Below, piece after piece: positions 19,081 to 29,688 of a DNA stretch of 64,000 bases. The notes beneath the pieces are model-generated. The model saw nothing but the letters and a program-made list of their open reading frames with translations. It was not told the origin of the DNA and did no database searches. A program made the translations under genes and the position numbers. Numbering within the stretch: position 1 is the first letter of the stretch; each line of letters starts with the position of its first letter. Source of the stretch: Rhodospirillales bacterium RIFCSPLOWO2_02_FULL_58_16 (GTDB lineage Bacteria; Pseudomonadota; Alphaproteobacteria; Rhodospirillales; 2-02-FULL-58-16); contig MIAA01000026.1 in NCBI GenBank assembly GCA_001830425.1, positions 16,675 to 80,674 of the forward strand. Direction: 5' to 3'.

Positions 19081-19812
19081 ATGATGGGAAACGTAGCGGC
19101 GGCGCCCGGCGAGACAGGAGTGATCAATTGTGATTTCGTGCCGATATTTGATCATCGGCATGACAAATTCGACACCCTGTACTGCTTTCCGAAAATGACC
19201 AAGGCGGACGGTTCGCTTGTGGCGGACGATGCGTTGCTGGGAGAAGGCAGCGGCGGCAGGGTCGTCAACGAGAAGCTGTTGATAAAAAATATGGAGGGAA
19301 CGCTTCAGGCCGGGATGCAAAAGGCCAAACAGATAGCGGCTTCCGGCGAGGATATAAAAATCATCATCCCCATCAACGGACTGGCTTTATTGGTTAAGGC
19401 CGTCGCCGTTGAGTTCAGTAATATATGCAGACCCCTAGATGATGCGGTGCGCCAAGCCGTTATTTTTGAGGTGACGAACATAGTTGATGTGAACCGCATG
19501 TCGTTTCTCGATGACATCGCCATCGTGCTTTTCCCGTTCTGTCTTACTTACGGCATGCGGGTGTTGCCGTCGATGCGGGACTTCAGCATCTGCGCCACCT
19601 GCAACTATTCGGGCGTGGCTCTTGATCTTAAAAACAAGCCGTGGCCGGCGAAAGATGTCGGCGCCCATCTCACCAATTTCGCCAAGGCGACGGAGGCTAA
19701 TCGACTGAAGGCGTATGTTCATGGCATCGCCACCCCGGAGCTTATGGCTGCGGCAATCGAGGCCGGCGTTCGCTTTATCGACGGCGCGGCGGTTAAAGGC
19801 CCCGGCCAGTGA
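19081..19812 (+). CDS. hypothetical protein, possibly a highly degenerate EAL-like fold
   Basis: Weak by-eye parallels to EAL blocks: IIIPINGLAL, VIFEVTN, GVALDLK and LKAYVHGIATPELMAAAIEAGVRFIDG. No catalytic residues are retained. Confidence 0.4.
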   Translation: MMGNVAAAPGETGVINCDFVPIFDHRHDKFDTLYCFPKMTKADGSLVADDALLGEGSGGRVVNEKLLIKNMEGTLQAGMQKAKQIAASGEDIKIIIPINGLALLVKAVAVEFSNICRPLDDAVRQAVIFEVTNIVDVNRMSFLDDIAIVLFPFCLTYGMRVLPSMRDFSICATCNYSGVALDLKNKPWPAKDVGAHLTNFAKATEANRLKAYVHGIATPELMAAAIEAGVRFIDGAAVKGPGQ

Positions 19813-19837
19813 TGACGATATACAGTGGAGTTTGTGA

Positions 19838-20332
19838 ATGAAAATTTCCGTCAAAAAAGTTGCCGCCGGCGTGTACTCCTTGAAATTTGATGATGCGGAG
19901 ATCGTTCTTGAAAGCGATGAACTCAAGGAGCTGTTGCTCAATGTAACCAAGGTTCTGATCCCGGTCGGCATCCAGCCTGATAATTACGAGGAAAAAGCCA
20001 GGGAATTCATCAGTCATATCAAACACGCCGACAATGTCGGAATTCAGAAATTTATTATAGTCGCCGGAGAGGATGATATTATCGTTCTCCTCAAGACCGC
20101 CGAAAACGACAAGGAATTGCTGGAGAAATTCTACGGCAATATGAGTGACCGCTCACGCAAGATGATCACCGAAGATTTAAATTATAAATTTGAAAACGGG
20201 GTGCCGTCCGGCACGGTCAAATCGGCCTTTAATCGTCTTATCAAGACGGCTAAAAACCTTGAGAGCGAGGGTTCCATGATTTTTGAAAATATAGCATCAG
20301 GGATCGCCATCCGCGATCTTAAAGAGGGATAA
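19838..20332 (+). CDS. FliG C-terminal-domain-like protein (orphan)
   Basis: Residues 70-150 (IQKFIIVAGEDDIIVLLKTAENDKELLEKFYGNMSDRSRKMITEDL...VKSAFNRLIKTAKNLESEG) follow the FliG_C pattern. GC content is lower than in the flanks, and no flagellar genes are nearby. Confidence 0.6.
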   Translation: MKISVKKVAAGVYSLKFDDAEIVLESDELKELLLNVTKVLIPVGIQPDNYEEKAREFISHIKHADNVGIQKFIIVAGEDDIIVLLKTAENDKELLEKFYGNMSDRSRKMITEDLNYKFENGVPSGTVKSAFNRLIKTAKNLESEGSMIFENIASGIAIRDLKEG

Positions 20333-20345
20333 ACGGCAAGCCGCT

Positions 20346-20717
20346 CTAAGCCGCCCGCGCTGTCCTGGGTTGGCTCTTTTCCCTGCTGCCGGTTATGTAG
20401 GCTCTGGCGCAATGATCGGCGCAATAGGGCTTTTCCTGAAGCGTCGGGCGTCCACAAAAGTTAAATCCATCCGTTCCCGGATCGCCGTCCGGCCAATTGC
20501 ACATGCCGGTCGTAAGGCTTTCCATTCCGATAATGGCGGCTTTCTGGGGTTTTTTCTGAACGGGGGACTTGCGATTCGACAATCCTAACCGGTGAATCTT
20601 GCCGATAACCGCATTTTTCGACACGCCGAGTCGGCGACCGATTTCGCTGGTCGGCAATCCCTCATCCCACAAAGCGATAAGCGCGCTGACGCGCAAAGGT
20701 ATCCATTCAACTGTCAT
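20346..20717 (-). CDS. gcrA: GcrA family cell-cycle regulator
   Basis: The N-terminus reads W..RVSALIALWDEGLPTSEIGRRLGVSKNAVIGKIHRLGL. The C-terminus reads CNWPDGDP...FCG...YCADHCARAY. Confidence 0.9.
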   Translation of the reverse strand: MTVEWIPLRVSALIALWDEGLPTSEIGRRLGVSKNAVIGKIHRLGLSNRKSPVQKKPQKAAIIGMESLTTGMCNWPDGDPGTDGFNFCGRPTLQEKPYCADHCARAYITGSREKSQPRTARAA

Positions 20718-21068
20718 AATAATTTTTAGCGCGCTACCGCCCGTAAAGACCGATTACGCCGACGTTTCGCGAGCAATCCCCCTCTGGTTTTATTACAGGC
20801 CCCAATGAGCATGACCGGATGATTGTCTACTACATCTTCATAATGCGCGCAAGCATTATACCAGATATTGTGTTGATCGTAGGCATGAACAAACAAGTTC
20901 TCCCCTCTTTACCTCGGTTTGCGTATAATTGTCGGCATGACGAAATACCCTCAAAAGCCCCTGTCGGCTTGGGAAGAAGCGGCGGCGCGAAAGCAGGCGC
21001 GTATTGATCGGGGCGAATCCCTCTTCGACCCCTTTCTGACCTCTTGAAGCAAGAGGGAGGAATTTTTT

Positions 21069-21467
21069 CTATTCCCGATCTTCGATGCGCTCCATGTCGT
21101 CGTCGCTGAAGCCGAAGTGGTGGCCGATCTCGTGGATCAGCACATGACGCACGACATGAGCCAGTTCCTCGCCTGTTTCGCACCAGTAATCCAGGATCGG
21201 GCGATAATAAAGAAGGATCATATCGACATCGCCCGGTGTTTCGGCAACGCTCTTGCGATCCAGCGAAACTCCCCTGTAGAGGCCGAGCAGATCGAACGGA
21301 CTGTCCAGCTCCATCTCCCTTTCGGTTTCGTCGTCGGGGAATTCCTCGACGCGGATCACCACGTCCTTGACATGACGGATCAGGTCGTCGGGGATCGTCT
21401 TCAACGCAGCGCGGGCAATCGCCTCGACATCGCCCATGCCGGGCGGCGTAGTGAATCTTTTACTCAT
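21069..21467 (-). CDS. zinicin-like metallopeptidase family protein (DUF1025-like)
   Basis: HEIGHHFG zinc motif in a 132-aa acidic protein. Confidence 0.7.
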   Translation of the reverse strand: MSKRFTTPPGMGDVEAIARAALKTIPDDLIRHVKDVVIRVEEFPDDETEREMELDSPFDLLGLYRGVSLDRKSVAETPGDVDMILLYYRPILDYWCETGEELAHVVRHVLIHEIGHHFGFSDDDMERIEDRE

Positions 21468-22468
21468 CAGAAACTATTGATCAACTCGACGGACTGGGGG
21501 TTGACGGCGCGCTTTCCCTTGCGGATTTCAAAGTGAAGCTGAGGCTTGGCGACCGAGCCGGTAGAGCCGACCCTGGCAATGACCTGGCCCTTGCTGACCT
21601 GCTGGCCCCGCGCCACCAGCAACGTCTCGTTGTGAGCGTAGGCGGTGACCCAATCATCCGCGTGTTTGATCAGCAAAAGAAAGCCGAAGCCCCTGATCTC
21701 ATTGCCGGCGTAGGCGACGACGCCGTTCTCCGCCGCCATGACCGGAGCGCCGCGAGGGGCCGCGATATTGACGCCGTCGTTATGCAGCCCCTTGGCCTTG
21801 GGGCCGAAGTCGGACAACACCGTACCCTTAACCGGCCATAAGAACCTCTTGCCGCTTTTCGGCGGCGGATCCGGAACCGCTTCCGGCTTTGCCAGCGGTT
21901 CAACAACCGGCGCGTTATTTGCCGCCGGGGCTTCTTCCAGCGGGGCGACGGTCACTACGGACGATTTTTCCGGCGGAGTAACTGCCACTACGGACGATTT
22001 TTCCGGCGGAGCGGCCGGCGCCGTTTCCATCTTCCCCCCACCCACCTTGGGTATGTGCAACCATTTTCCGACAATGATGGTGAAAGGAGGCTTGAGGTCA
22101 TTGATGCGGGCCAATTCATACATGCCGATATTGTAGCGGATGGAAATGCCGGAAAGGGTGTCGCCGCGCACTATCAGATGCTTGATCTCGCCGGGCAGGA
22201 TGATTCTCTGACCCGCCGTCAGACGGTAAGGCGGCGTCAGGTTATTGGCGTCGATAATGGCGCGCATGGAAACCCCATGGCGGCGGGATAGAATATAAAC
22301 GGTGTCTTCACTGCCGGCGGTGACGACCAAAGCGCCGGAGTTGCTTGTTTCCATTGCCGGCGGTCGATTGACGTCGCGGGGCCGGTTTCCGGGAGGCGGC
22401 CATTCGGCCCAGCCGCATCCGGCCGGCGCCGCGCACACAAGCAGCAGGAAAAGAAAGCGCGACCTCAT
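21467..22468 (-). CDS. LysM domain / M23 family peptidase (NlpD-like)
   Basis: It has a signal or lipobox-like N-terminus, two LysM repeats (YILSRRHGVSMRAI, DTLSGISIRYNI) and a C-terminal M23 region (HNDGVNIAA...HFEIR). Confidence 0.85.
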   Translation of the reverse strand: MRSRFLFLLLVCAAPAGCGWAEWPPPGNRPRDVNRPPAMETSNSGALVVTAGSEDTVYILSRRHGVSMRAIIDANNLTPPYRLTAGQRIILPGEIKHLIVRGDTLSGISIRYNIGMYELARINDLKPPFTIIVGKWLHIPKVGGGKMETAPAAPPEKSSVVAVTPPEKSSVVTVAPLEEAPAANNAPVVEPLAKPEAVPDPPPKSGKRFLWPVKGTVLSDFGPKAKGLHNDGVNIAAPRGAPVMAAENGVVAYAGNEIRGFGFLLLIKHADDWVTAYAHNETLLVARGQQVSKGQVIARVGSTGSVAKPQLHFEIRKGKRAVNPQSVELINSF

Positions 22469-23103
22469 CTGGTTCCCTCTCCATCGACCAGGGGAACGAA
22501 GCGCACGGCGCCCAGGTCTTCGGTCTCGACGCCGTCATTGGTGCGACGAACCAGCTCAAGGCGTTGGTCATGGTCGCCGTCGCCTATCGGCGCCACCATC
22601 AGCCCGCCCACCGCAAGCTGTTCCAGCAGCAGAGGCGGCACGTCAATGGCGGCGGCGGTGACCATGATGCGGTCAAAGGGCGCCTGTTCCGGCCAGCCGA
22701 GGCTGCCGTCGCCGTGTATGGCCGTGATGTTGGTGAATCTTAGTTCCGTGAAGCGCTTCTCTGCCTCTTCAAGAAGAGGGGCGTGACGCTCGATGGTATA
22801 AAGGCGTCGGCACAGGCGGGCCAGAACCGACGCCTGATAACCTGATCCGGTGCCGATCTCCAGCACCTTCATGCGTTCGCCCACATCCAGGGCTTGGGTC
22901 ATGCGGGCGACCACCATCGGCTGGCTTACCGTCTGATGGTGGCCGATGGGAAGGGCAACATTGTCAAAAGCCTTGGCGCTGAATGGTTCGGAAACGAAAA
23001 GTCGGCGCGGCACGCTTTCCATGGCCGCGAGCACCCGTAAATCGGTAATGCCGCCGCCGCGCAGCTCGGCCATCATGCGGGCCATGCCTGATTTCGCGTT
23101 CAT
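22465..23103 (-). CDS. pcm: protein-L-isoaspartate O-methyltransferase
   Basis: VLEIGTGSGYQASVLA SAM motif, 212 aa, in surE-pcm-nlpD synteny. Confidence 0.9.
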   Translation of the reverse strand: MNAKSGMARMMAELRGGGITDLRVLAAMESVPRRLFVSEPFSAKAFDNVALPIGHHQTVSQPMVVARMTQALDVGERMKVLEIGTGSGYQASVLARLCRRLYTIERHAPLLEEAEKRFTELRFTNITAIHGDGSLGWPEQAPFDRIMVTAAAIDVPPLLLEQLAVGGLMVAPIGDGDHDQRLELVRRTNDGVETEDLGAVRFVPLVDGEGTR

Positions 23104-23876
23104 TGAAACATGGCCTTCAAGGCTTTCAGCGACGGCTTGTGGGTAAGGTCGAGGAACAGCGGGGTCACCGAAATAGCGCCACGGCTCACCGCTTCCAGAT
23201 CGGCGCCGGGCTTATAGTAATTCTCGGAGCGCTGGGCGCCGATCCAGAAATACGGCTGCCCACGCGGGTCGGCCCCCTCGGCGATTTGATCGCCTATTTT
23301 GCGCCGGCCTTGACAGGTGGCCTCGATGCCGGTGACCGACCCGGCGGCAACATCGGGAAAATTAACGTTAATCATCACGTTGCGGGGCCAATCGCCGGCG
23401 TACAGGCGCTTGATCACCGTCGCCGCCCATTCCTCGGCAACGGTCCATCGCGGGCCATGCCGGTCGTCGGTTATCTGACTGAAGGCAATGGAGAGGATGC
23501 CCAGCAAAGTTCCCTCCATGGCCGCCGCCACGGTTCCCGAATAGGTAACATCCTCGCCCAGGTTGGCGCCGCAGTTGATGCCGGAAAGCACCAGATCGGG
23601 ACGGCGCTCACGCATGATTTTATTGATCCCCATCAACACGCAGTCGGTAGGAGTGCCGTCAACGGCGAAACGGCGGGCCGAAACCTTGCGGATGCGCAAC
23701 GGCCGACGCAGGGTCAGCGAGTGACCGGCGCCGCTCTGTTCGCTTTCCGGAGCGACTACCCACACTTCGCCGGCGATAGAGCGGGCGATGCGCTCCAGCA
23801 GTTTCAGTCCGGGCGCGTTGATGCCGTCATCGTTGGTGATCAGAATCCGCGCCTGTTTGAGAGGTTTATCAGCCAC
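23100..23876 (-). CDS. surE: 5'/3'-nucleotidase SurE
   Basis: [14 protein letters not shown]-terminal motif, 258 aa. Confidence 0.9.
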   Translation of the reverse strand: MADKPLKQARILITNDDGINAPGLKLLERIARSIAGEVWVVAPESEQSGAGHSLTLRRPLRIRKVSARRFAVDGTPTDCVLMGINKIMRERRPDLVLSGINCGANLGEDVTYSGTVAAAMEGTLLGILSIAFSQITDDRHGPRWTVAEEWAATVIKRLYAGDWPRNVMINVNFPDVAAGSVTGIEATCQGRRKIGDQIAEGADPRGQPYFWIGAQRSENYYKPGADLEAVSRGAISVTPLFLDLTHKPSLKALKAMFQ

Positions 23877-25143
23877 CCGATATAACCTCCAAGCCGCCCA
23901 TGTAGGGCCTCAAGACCGCCGGAATCCTGACCGAACCGTCTTCGTTCTGGTAGTTTTCCAGCACGGCGACCAGGGTGCGCCCGACAGCCAGGCCGGAGCC
24001 GTTAAGAGTATGGACGAAGCGTATTTCGCCGCCGCCCTCGGGCCGGAAGCGGGCCTTCATGCGACGGGCCTGGAACTCTCCGCAGTCGGAACAGCTTGAT
24101 ATTTCCCGGTAGCGCCCCGCTCCCGGCAGCCACACCTCGATGTCGTAGGTCTTTTGCGCCGAAAAGCCCATGTCTCCGGCGCACAACGTCATCACCCGGT
24201 AAGGCAATTCCAGGCGTTTCAGCACTTCCTCGGCGCAAGAGGTCATGCGCTCAAGCTCGGATGCCGATCGGTCAGGATGAACGATGCTGACCAGCTCGAC
24301 CTTGGCGAACTGGTGCTGGCGGATCATCCCCCTGGTGTCCTTGCCGGCTTTGCCGGCCTCGGAGCGGAAACATGGCGTCATCGCCGTGAAGCGCTTGGGC
24401 AGCGCCGATTCGGCGATGATGTCTCCGGCGACCAGATTGGTCAGCGACACCTCGGCGGTGGGGATCAGCCAAAGCCCGTCTTCGGTACGAAACAAATCGG
24501 CGGAGAACTTGGGCAATTGCCCGGTTCCGAACAAGGCGCCGTCGCGGACCAGCACCGGCGGGTTGACCTCGACATAGCCGTATTCGCCGGTGTGCAGGTC
24601 CAACATGAAAGAGGCCAGCGCCCTTTCCATGCGGGCCAGAGCGCCCTGTAGCACGACGAAGCGGGCGCCGGATATCTTGGCCGCCGCCTCGAAATCCATC
24701 AGTCCCAACGCCTCGCCGATATCAAAATGTTCCTTGGGCGGGAAAGCGAAGGACGGCGGTTCGCCGACGCGGCGCTCCTCGCGGTTTTGCGTATCATCTT
24801 TGCCGTCGGGGACGTCGGCGGCGGGCAGATTGGGGAAACCGGCGAGCGCCCGCTCCAGTTCCTCGGAGACGACATGCGCCACCCCCTCGGCTTCGGCTTC
24901 CTCGGCCTTGGAGCGCGATACATCGGCGATCAGCGCCGTGGCGTCCTCGCCCTTGGCCTTGGCGACGCCGATGGCCTTGGCCGCCTTGTTGCGCATAGCC
25001 TGAAGTTCCTGGGCGCGGGTCAAGGCGTCGCGCCGCCGTTGATCCAGTTCCAATAGTTCAGAGGAGGCCGCAGGCAGGCCGCGACAGCTAAGTCCTTCAT
25101 CGAAGGCCCTGGGGTTGTCGCGTATCCGTTTGATGTCAAACAT
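23869..25143 (-). CDS. serS: seryl-tRNA synthetase
   Basis: It starts [11 protein letters not shown] at ATG 25143. Class II motifs are present ([24 protein letters not shown]). The longer ORF start at 25227 looks like an extension. Confidence 0.95.
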   Translation of the reverse strand: MFDIKRIRDNPRAFDEGLSCRGLPAASSELLELDQRRRDALTRAQELQAMRNKAAKAIGVAKAKGEDATALIADVSRSKAEEAEAEGVAHVVSEELERALAGFPNLPAADVPDGKDDTQNREERRVGEPPSFAFPPKEHFDIGEALGLMDFEAAAKISGARFVVLQGALARMERALASFMLDLHTGEYGYVEVNPPVLVRDGALFGTGQLPKFSADLFRTEDGLWLIPTAEVSLTNLVAGDIIAESALPKRFTAMTPCFRSEAGKAGKDTRGMIRQHQFAKVELVSIVHPDRSASELERMTSCAEEVLKRLELPYRVMTLCAGDMGFSAQKTYDIEVWLPGAGRYREISSCSDCGEFQARRMKARFRPEGGGEIRFVHTLNGSGLAVGRTLVAVLENYQNEDGSVRIPAVLRPYMGGLEVISGG

Positions 25144-25169
25144 GGTAAATCCAGTTATGCGAACAGGCG

Positions 25170-25958
25170 TTAGGCGGCGTCTTTTTCCTCGTTCTCCTTG
25201 CGGGTGCGCTCGACCATGCGTACGCAATAGATGGAAATTTCGTAGAGGACGATGATCGGAATCGCAAGCCCGATCTGGCTGATGACGTCCGGCGGAGTGA
25301 GAATGGCCGCTACGATAAAGGCTAACACAACGGCGTACTTGCGCTTTTCCTTCATTCCCTTGGACGAGACCATCCCTATCCGGCCCAGCAGCGTCATCAC
25401 CACCGGCAGTTCAAAACACAGGCCGAAGGCGAAAATAAGCTGCATCACCAGGGATAAATACTGATCAACCTTGGCTTCAAGCTGGATGGGCAGGGTTCCT
25501 TCGCCGCCCGGCGATTCAAAACCGAGAAAAAACTTCCAGGCCAGAGGAAAGATAAAGTAGTAGACCAACGCCCCGCCGGTGAAAAAAAGAATCGGCGTCG
25601 CCACCAGAAAAGGAAGAAACGCCTTTTTCTCATTGGCGTAAAGCCCCGGCGCGACGAACATCCACACCTGAATGGAAATGAACGGAAAGGCCACGAATAA
25701 TGCGGCAAAGAAGGACACTTTAAGATAGGTGAAGAACGCTTCGTGCAGGGCGGTAAAGATCAGCCGCCGATTGCCCCCCGTCCCGCTCATGGCGTCGGCC
25801 AGCGGCTGCACCAGAAAGCCGTAGATATCGGTGGCGAAGTAGTAGCAGACAAAAAACAGCAGGATGACGGCAATAACCGAGTTGATAAGCCGGCGACGCA
25901 GTTCAATCAGGTGCTCGATCAACGGCGCCTTTTGTTCGTCTATCGACTCCTCCGCCAT
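25170..25958 (-). CDS. tatC: twin-arginine translocase subunit TatC
   Basis: 262-aa protein with 6 TM helices, [10 protein letters not shown]-terminus, in tatA-tatB-tatC order. Confidence 0.9.
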   Translation of the reverse strand: MAEESIDEQKAPLIEHLIELRRRLINSVIAVILLFFVCYYFATDIYGFLVQPLADAMSGTGGNRRLIFTALHEAFFTYLKVSFFAALFVAFPFISIQVWMFVAPGLYANEKKAFLPFLVATPILFFTGGALVYYFIFPLAWKFFLGFESPGGEGTLPIQLEAKVDQYLSLVMQLIFAFGLCFELPVVMTLLGRIGMVSSKGMKEKRKYAVVLAFIVAAILTPPDVISQIGLAIPIIVLYEISIYCVRMVERTRKENEEKDAA

Positions 25959-25960
25959 CG

Positions 25961-26299
25961 CTAAACCTCGTTCGCCTTGGGTGCCTGATCCTTCGGCGCG
26001 TTATCGGGCTTGTCTTCAGGAGCAAAAGCGGCCGCGACCTCCTTGCCGGGGTCTATGACCTTCTCTATTTCGTCCTGAAAGTTAAGGGCCGCCGCCCTTT
26101 TCGCATCCTCCTTGATGTCTTCAAGGCCGGCTTCGTTGACGATATCGTTAAGGCCGTTATGAAAATCACTGGCAATCTCCCGCGCCTTTCGCACCCACAG
26201 GAACATGGTGCGCAGGATGTGCGGAAGCTCCTTGGGACCGACGACGACAATGGTCACGGCGGCGATGACGAAGAGTTCCTGCCAACCGATATCAAACAT
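25961..26299 (-). CDS. tatB: twin-arginine translocase subunit TatB
   Basis: The N-terminus reads MFDIGWQELFVIAAVTIVVVGPKELP. Confidence 0.85.
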   Translation of the reverse strand: MFDIGWQELFVIAAVTIVVVGPKELPHILRTMFLWVRKAREIASDFHNGLNDIVNEAGLEDIKEDAKRAAALNFQDEIEKVIDPGKEVAAAFAPEDKPDNAPKDQAPKANEV

Positions 26300-26320
26300 G
26301 AATGCTAAGGTCCAAACCGG

Positions 26321-26572
26321 TCAGCCTTTCGCCGCCCCATCCTTTTCGGCAACCGATTCGGTTTTTGAAGCCGAAGACGATTCCGCTTCCAGGCTTTTGC
26401 GCTCCCGCAGGGGTTCCGTGACGTCTTCCTCATCTTCCTTCATGCCTTTTTTGAAGGACTTAAGGCCTTTTCCGAAATCACCCATGATCCGGGAAATCTT
26501 GCCGCCGCCGCCGAAAAGGACGAGGACGACAACCAGAACAATCACCCAGTGCCAAATGCTGAACGAACCCAT
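26321..26572 (-). CDS. tatA: twin-arginine translocase subunit TatA
   Basis: It begins [36 protein letters not shown] from ATG 26572. The upstream part of ORF 26321-26641 is probably not translated. Confidence 0.85.
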   Translation of the reverse strand: MGSFSIWHWVIVLVVVLVLFGGGGKISRIMGDFGKGLKSFKKGMKEDEEDVTEPLRERKSLEAESSSASKTESVAEKDGAAKG

Positions 26573-26669
26573 TTTATTATTCCACCTGTGTTGACGACGC
26601 CATGCTGCGCGGATAATGGCAGAAAGCCGCTTCATCCGCAACGCTGTGAAAAAGTCACCACTCAGCGCG

Positions 26670-26951
26670 TTATGTCATGTTTCGGAAATGATCGAAAACC
26701 GTCCATGCTCCGATGATTATGAAACCGACGCCGGCGAACAGCTTGACCGGAACCCGCTCCAGATAGTGGCCGGCGGCGCTTCCCACGAATACCGCAATGG
26801 CGGTTGACAGGCACAAGGCGACGGCGGCGGCGATAAACACCATCAGCGGGCCGTGGCTGCGGTCTGCCGCGAACAACATGGTCGCAAGCTGGGTCTTGTC
26901 CCCCAGTTCGGCAAGGAAGACCATCGTAAATACCGTTATAAATTGCGTCAT
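26670..26951 (-). CDS. UPF0016 (GDT1/TMEM165) family half-size membrane protein
   Basis: ELGDKTQ signature motif, 93 aa, three TM helices. Confidence 0.75.
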   Translation of the reverse strand: MTQFITVFTMVFLAELGDKTQLATMLFAADRSHGPLMVFIAAAVALCLSTAIAVFVGSAAGHYLERVPVKLFAGVGFIIIGAWTVFDHFRNMT

Positions 26952-26973
26952 GACGTCCTCATGTAGATTGTTG

Positions 26974-28056
26974 TCACCGATGGCGGGAAAGACATCTGAT
27001 AACGGCTATCCGCTTTTCGATTTTTTCGATGTAGTCAATGAAGTCCCCGCCCTTGAGGGTTACCCCGGCCTTGACGATGTGAGCCTCTTTTCTTTCGACG
27101 AACACATCGACCACCTTGGCCAGATGCTTCTCCCATTTGGCGCCGTAGGCCTTCCAGTCGCCTTTGTACCTGGAGTTCACATAATTGATCGTTTGTTCGT
27201 GGGTATTATTCTCCCACCATAAAACATGCGGAAATGCCGGACAAGCGGCCCCTCGGCGTGGAGCAAATGCAACTTCATCAATCCCCTCTTCGGCGGGAGA
27301 AGACAGCTTATCGGGATCGAAAAGCGGCAACATCCCTTGCGGCAACCGGCTTTCGACCTCCCTGTCCCGCTTCGTGAGCAATCCCGCGACATCGGCTTCA
27401 TCGAATTGGTCCCGCGTCAGCGCCGCCTTTTCGTTTGACACCATATCGGTCTTGTCGTCCGCGACAGGCAGTTCCTCAAGGGCCTCAAGGTCCAGGACGA
27501 TACGATATCCATGTTGCCCGTCGGGCGGCAGGCCGAAGGCCGCCTTTATCCGCACCGCCGTCGCCGTCGGAATGCCGAGGTGGCCGACGCCCCCCTTGCC
27601 CCAATCAAAAAAATAGCCCTGAACCACCCCCAGGTTATGCCGGGAATAGCGGGTCGTTTGCCAATTCACCTGCGGAAGGTTGACTATGACCATCGTGCCT
27701 GATCGGTTGATGCTGTACGAGAAATCAAACTTACCGCTTACATCAAGAACAATCCGGGTCTTGTCGGGGTATGCGCCGATGCTGATATTGGAAATGACCG
27801 GCCTGCCGGCGCGGGAAAACTCCTCCGGCTGAACGCCGGAAGCGTATGAAATCCCCGGCGGACACACAGCCTCCCTCGCCCGTCCCCGCGAAGGCGTCCC
27901 TTCCGCAAAAGACGGCGCCGGGAGTGTTGCCGCCACCAGACATCCGGCGGCCAAAAGTAGCGGCAAGCGCGCAGTCAGCACCATCCGCAATCCCATATCT
28001 ATGTATTCAGAATTATATCTAACACAATATCTTGTGCCGGATACAAAATTTTTCAT
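26974..28056 (-). CDS. secreted hypothetical protein with AMIN-like N-terminal domain
   Basis: A signal peptide is present ([19 protein letters not shown]). The segment [28 protein letters not shown]...[11 protein letters not shown] resembles an AMIN domain. The true start may be an internal Met at 27996 or 27984. Confidence 0.5.
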   Translation of the reverse strand: MKNFVSGTRYCVRYNSEYIDMGLRMVLTARLPLLLAAGCLVAATLPAPSFAEGTPSRGRAREAVCPPGISYASGVQPEEFSRAGRPVISNISIGAYPDKTRIVLDVSGKFDFSYSINRSGTMVIVNLPQVNWQTTRYSRHNLGVVQGYFFDWGKGGVGHLGIPTATAVRIKAAFGLPPDGQHGYRIVLDLEALEELPVADDKTDMVSNEKAALTRDQFDEADVAGLLTKRDREVESRLPQGMLPLFDPDKLSSPAEEGIDEVAFAPRRGAACPAFPHVLWWENNTHEQTINYVNSRYKGDWKAYGAKWEKHLAKVVDVFVERKEAHIVKAGVTLKGGDFIDYIEKIEKRIAVIRCLSRHR

Positions 28057-28107
28057 TCATTACTTGGATGCTGGGCAAACGCGGGAAAACCCGTTAAACA
28101 TACGGCT

Positions 28108-29625
28108 ATGGCTTACTCTTCATTGCGTGATTTTATCGACTGTCTGGAGCGCGACGGTCGGCTGGTGCGCGTAACCGAGCCGGTTTCCCCCGTTCTTGAG
28201 ATGACCGAGATTCAAACCCGCCTGTTGGCCGAAGGCGGCCCGGCAGTGCTTTTTGAAAACGTGGTGCGCGAAGACGGCGGCGCTTACGGCATGCCTGTTC
28301 TGGTCAACCTGTTCGGAACCGTCGAGCGGGTGGCCTGGGGAATGAACCGGGAAGTGGGCCAACTACGCGAGGTAGGCGAGATGCTGGCCTTCCTCCGGCA
28401 ACCGGAGCCGCCCGGCGGCTGGCGCGAGGCCCTGGATATGCTGCCTTTGTTCAAACAGGTAATGGCGATGAAGCCCAAGACCGTCGCCACGGCGCCATGC
28501 CAGGAGATTGTATTGAGCGGCGACGACATCGACCTTGGGCGCCTGCCCGTTCAGACATGTTGGCCGGGGGAGCCGGCGCCGCTGATCACCTGGCCGCTGG
28601 TGGTGACCAGAGGACCGGATGCCGACAAGGAGGGCGGCGACAAGCGTGACGGCTATAACCTCGGCGTCTACCGCATGCAGGTAACCGGTCCGAACACCGT
28701 CCTTGTTCGTTGGCTCAGACACCGGGGAGGCGCCCAACAATTCGAGCGCTGGAAGAAGGCGCGCAACGAACCAATGCCTATCGCTATCGTCATCGGCGCT
28801 GATCCTGGCGTCATTCTGGCCGCCGTCACGCCGGTGCCGGATACTTTTTCCGAATACCAGTTCGCCGGCTTGCTGCGCGGCAGGAAGGTCGAACTGGCGG
28901 ATTGCAAAACAGTGCCGTTAAAGGTTCCCGCTGAAGCGGAAATCGTCATCGAAGGCCATGTCTCGCTGGAAGAAACCGCCGACGAAGGCCCCTACGGCGA
29001 TCACACCGGGTATTATAACGCGGTGGAGCCTTTCCCGGTGGTCACCATCAGCGCCGTCACCATGCGCAAGAACCCCATCTATCTGTCCACCTTCACCGGC
29101 CGTCCTCCCGATGAGCCGTCGGTGCTGGCGGAGGCGCTGAACGAAGTATTCATCCCCCTGCTCGTCCAGCAGTTCCCCGAGATCGTTGATTTCTGGCTGC
29201 CGCCGGAGGGATGCTCCTACCGCATCGCCGTGGTCTCCATAAAGAAAGCCTATCCGGGCCATGCCAAGCGGGTGATGATGGGAGTATGGTCGTATCTTCG
29301 CCAGTTTATTTATACGAAATTCGTTATCGTCGTCGATGACGACATCAACGCCAGGGACTGGAAAGATGTCATGTGGGCGATTTCAACCAATATTGATCCG
29401 GCGCGGGACATGACGGTTATCGAGAACACGCCCATCGACTACCTTGATTTCGCCTCGCCGGAATGCGGACTGGGCAGCAAGCTCGGCCTTGACGCCACCG
29501 CCAAGATGCCCCCTGAGACCAAACGCCGGTGGGGAAGGAAAATCCGCATGAGCGATGACGTCATCAATGAAGTTACCCGCAAATGGCCGAGCCTGGGCTT
29601 GCCGGGCAGCGGCAAACCCGTCTGA
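28108..29625 (+). CDS. ubiD: 4-hydroxy-3-polyprenylbenzoate decarboxylase (UbiD family)
   Basis: 505-aa UbiD-family protein with N-terminus [17 protein letters not shown] and the motif [10 protein letters not shown]. Confidence 0.9.
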   Translation: MAYSSLRDFIDCLERDGRLVRVTEPVSPVLEMTEIQTRLLAEGGPAVLFENVVREDGGAYGMPVLVNLFGTVERVAWGMNREVGQLREVGEMLAFLRQPEPPGGWREALDMLPLFKQVMAMKPKTVATAPCQEIVLSGDDIDLGRLPVQTCWPGEPAPLITWPLVVTRGPDADKEGGDKRDGYNLGVYRMQVTGPNTVLVRWLRHRGGAQQFERWKKARNEPMPIAIVIGADPGVILAAVTPVPDTFSEYQFAGLLRGRKVELADCKTVPLKVPAEAEIVIEGHVSLEETADEGPYGDHTGYYNAVEPFPVVTISAVTMRKNPIYLSTFTGRPPDEPSVLAEALNEVFIPLLVQQFPEIVDFWLPPEGCSYRIAVVSIKKAYPGHAKRVMMGVWSYLRQFIYTKFVIVVDDDINARDWKDVMWAISTNIDPARDMTVIENTPIDYLDFASPECGLGSKLGLDATAKMPPETKRRWGRKIRMSDDVINEVTRKWPSLGLPGSGKPV

Positions 29626-29659
29626 AATCAATGGCCGTAAAGAATGACTCTAAAAAATT

Positions 29660-29681
29660 CTCTCCCTTTGAGAAGGGAGAG
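29660..29681. terminator. GC-rich hairpin between ubiD (+) and the DUF1178 gene (-)
   Basis: CTCTCCCTT-tgag-AAGGGAGAG forms a perfect 9-bp stem. A6 on the left gives a U-tract for minus-strand transcripts, and a weaker TT lies on the right. Confidence 0.5.
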
Positions 29682-29688
29682 TTATCAG

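Noticed and set aside
20819-21007. 62-aa plus-strand ORF in the gcrA upstream region
   Set aside because: It has no Shine-Dalgarno sequence, an atypical AT-rich hydrophobic N-terminus and no recognisable motif. The region is more plausibly regulatory or non-coding.
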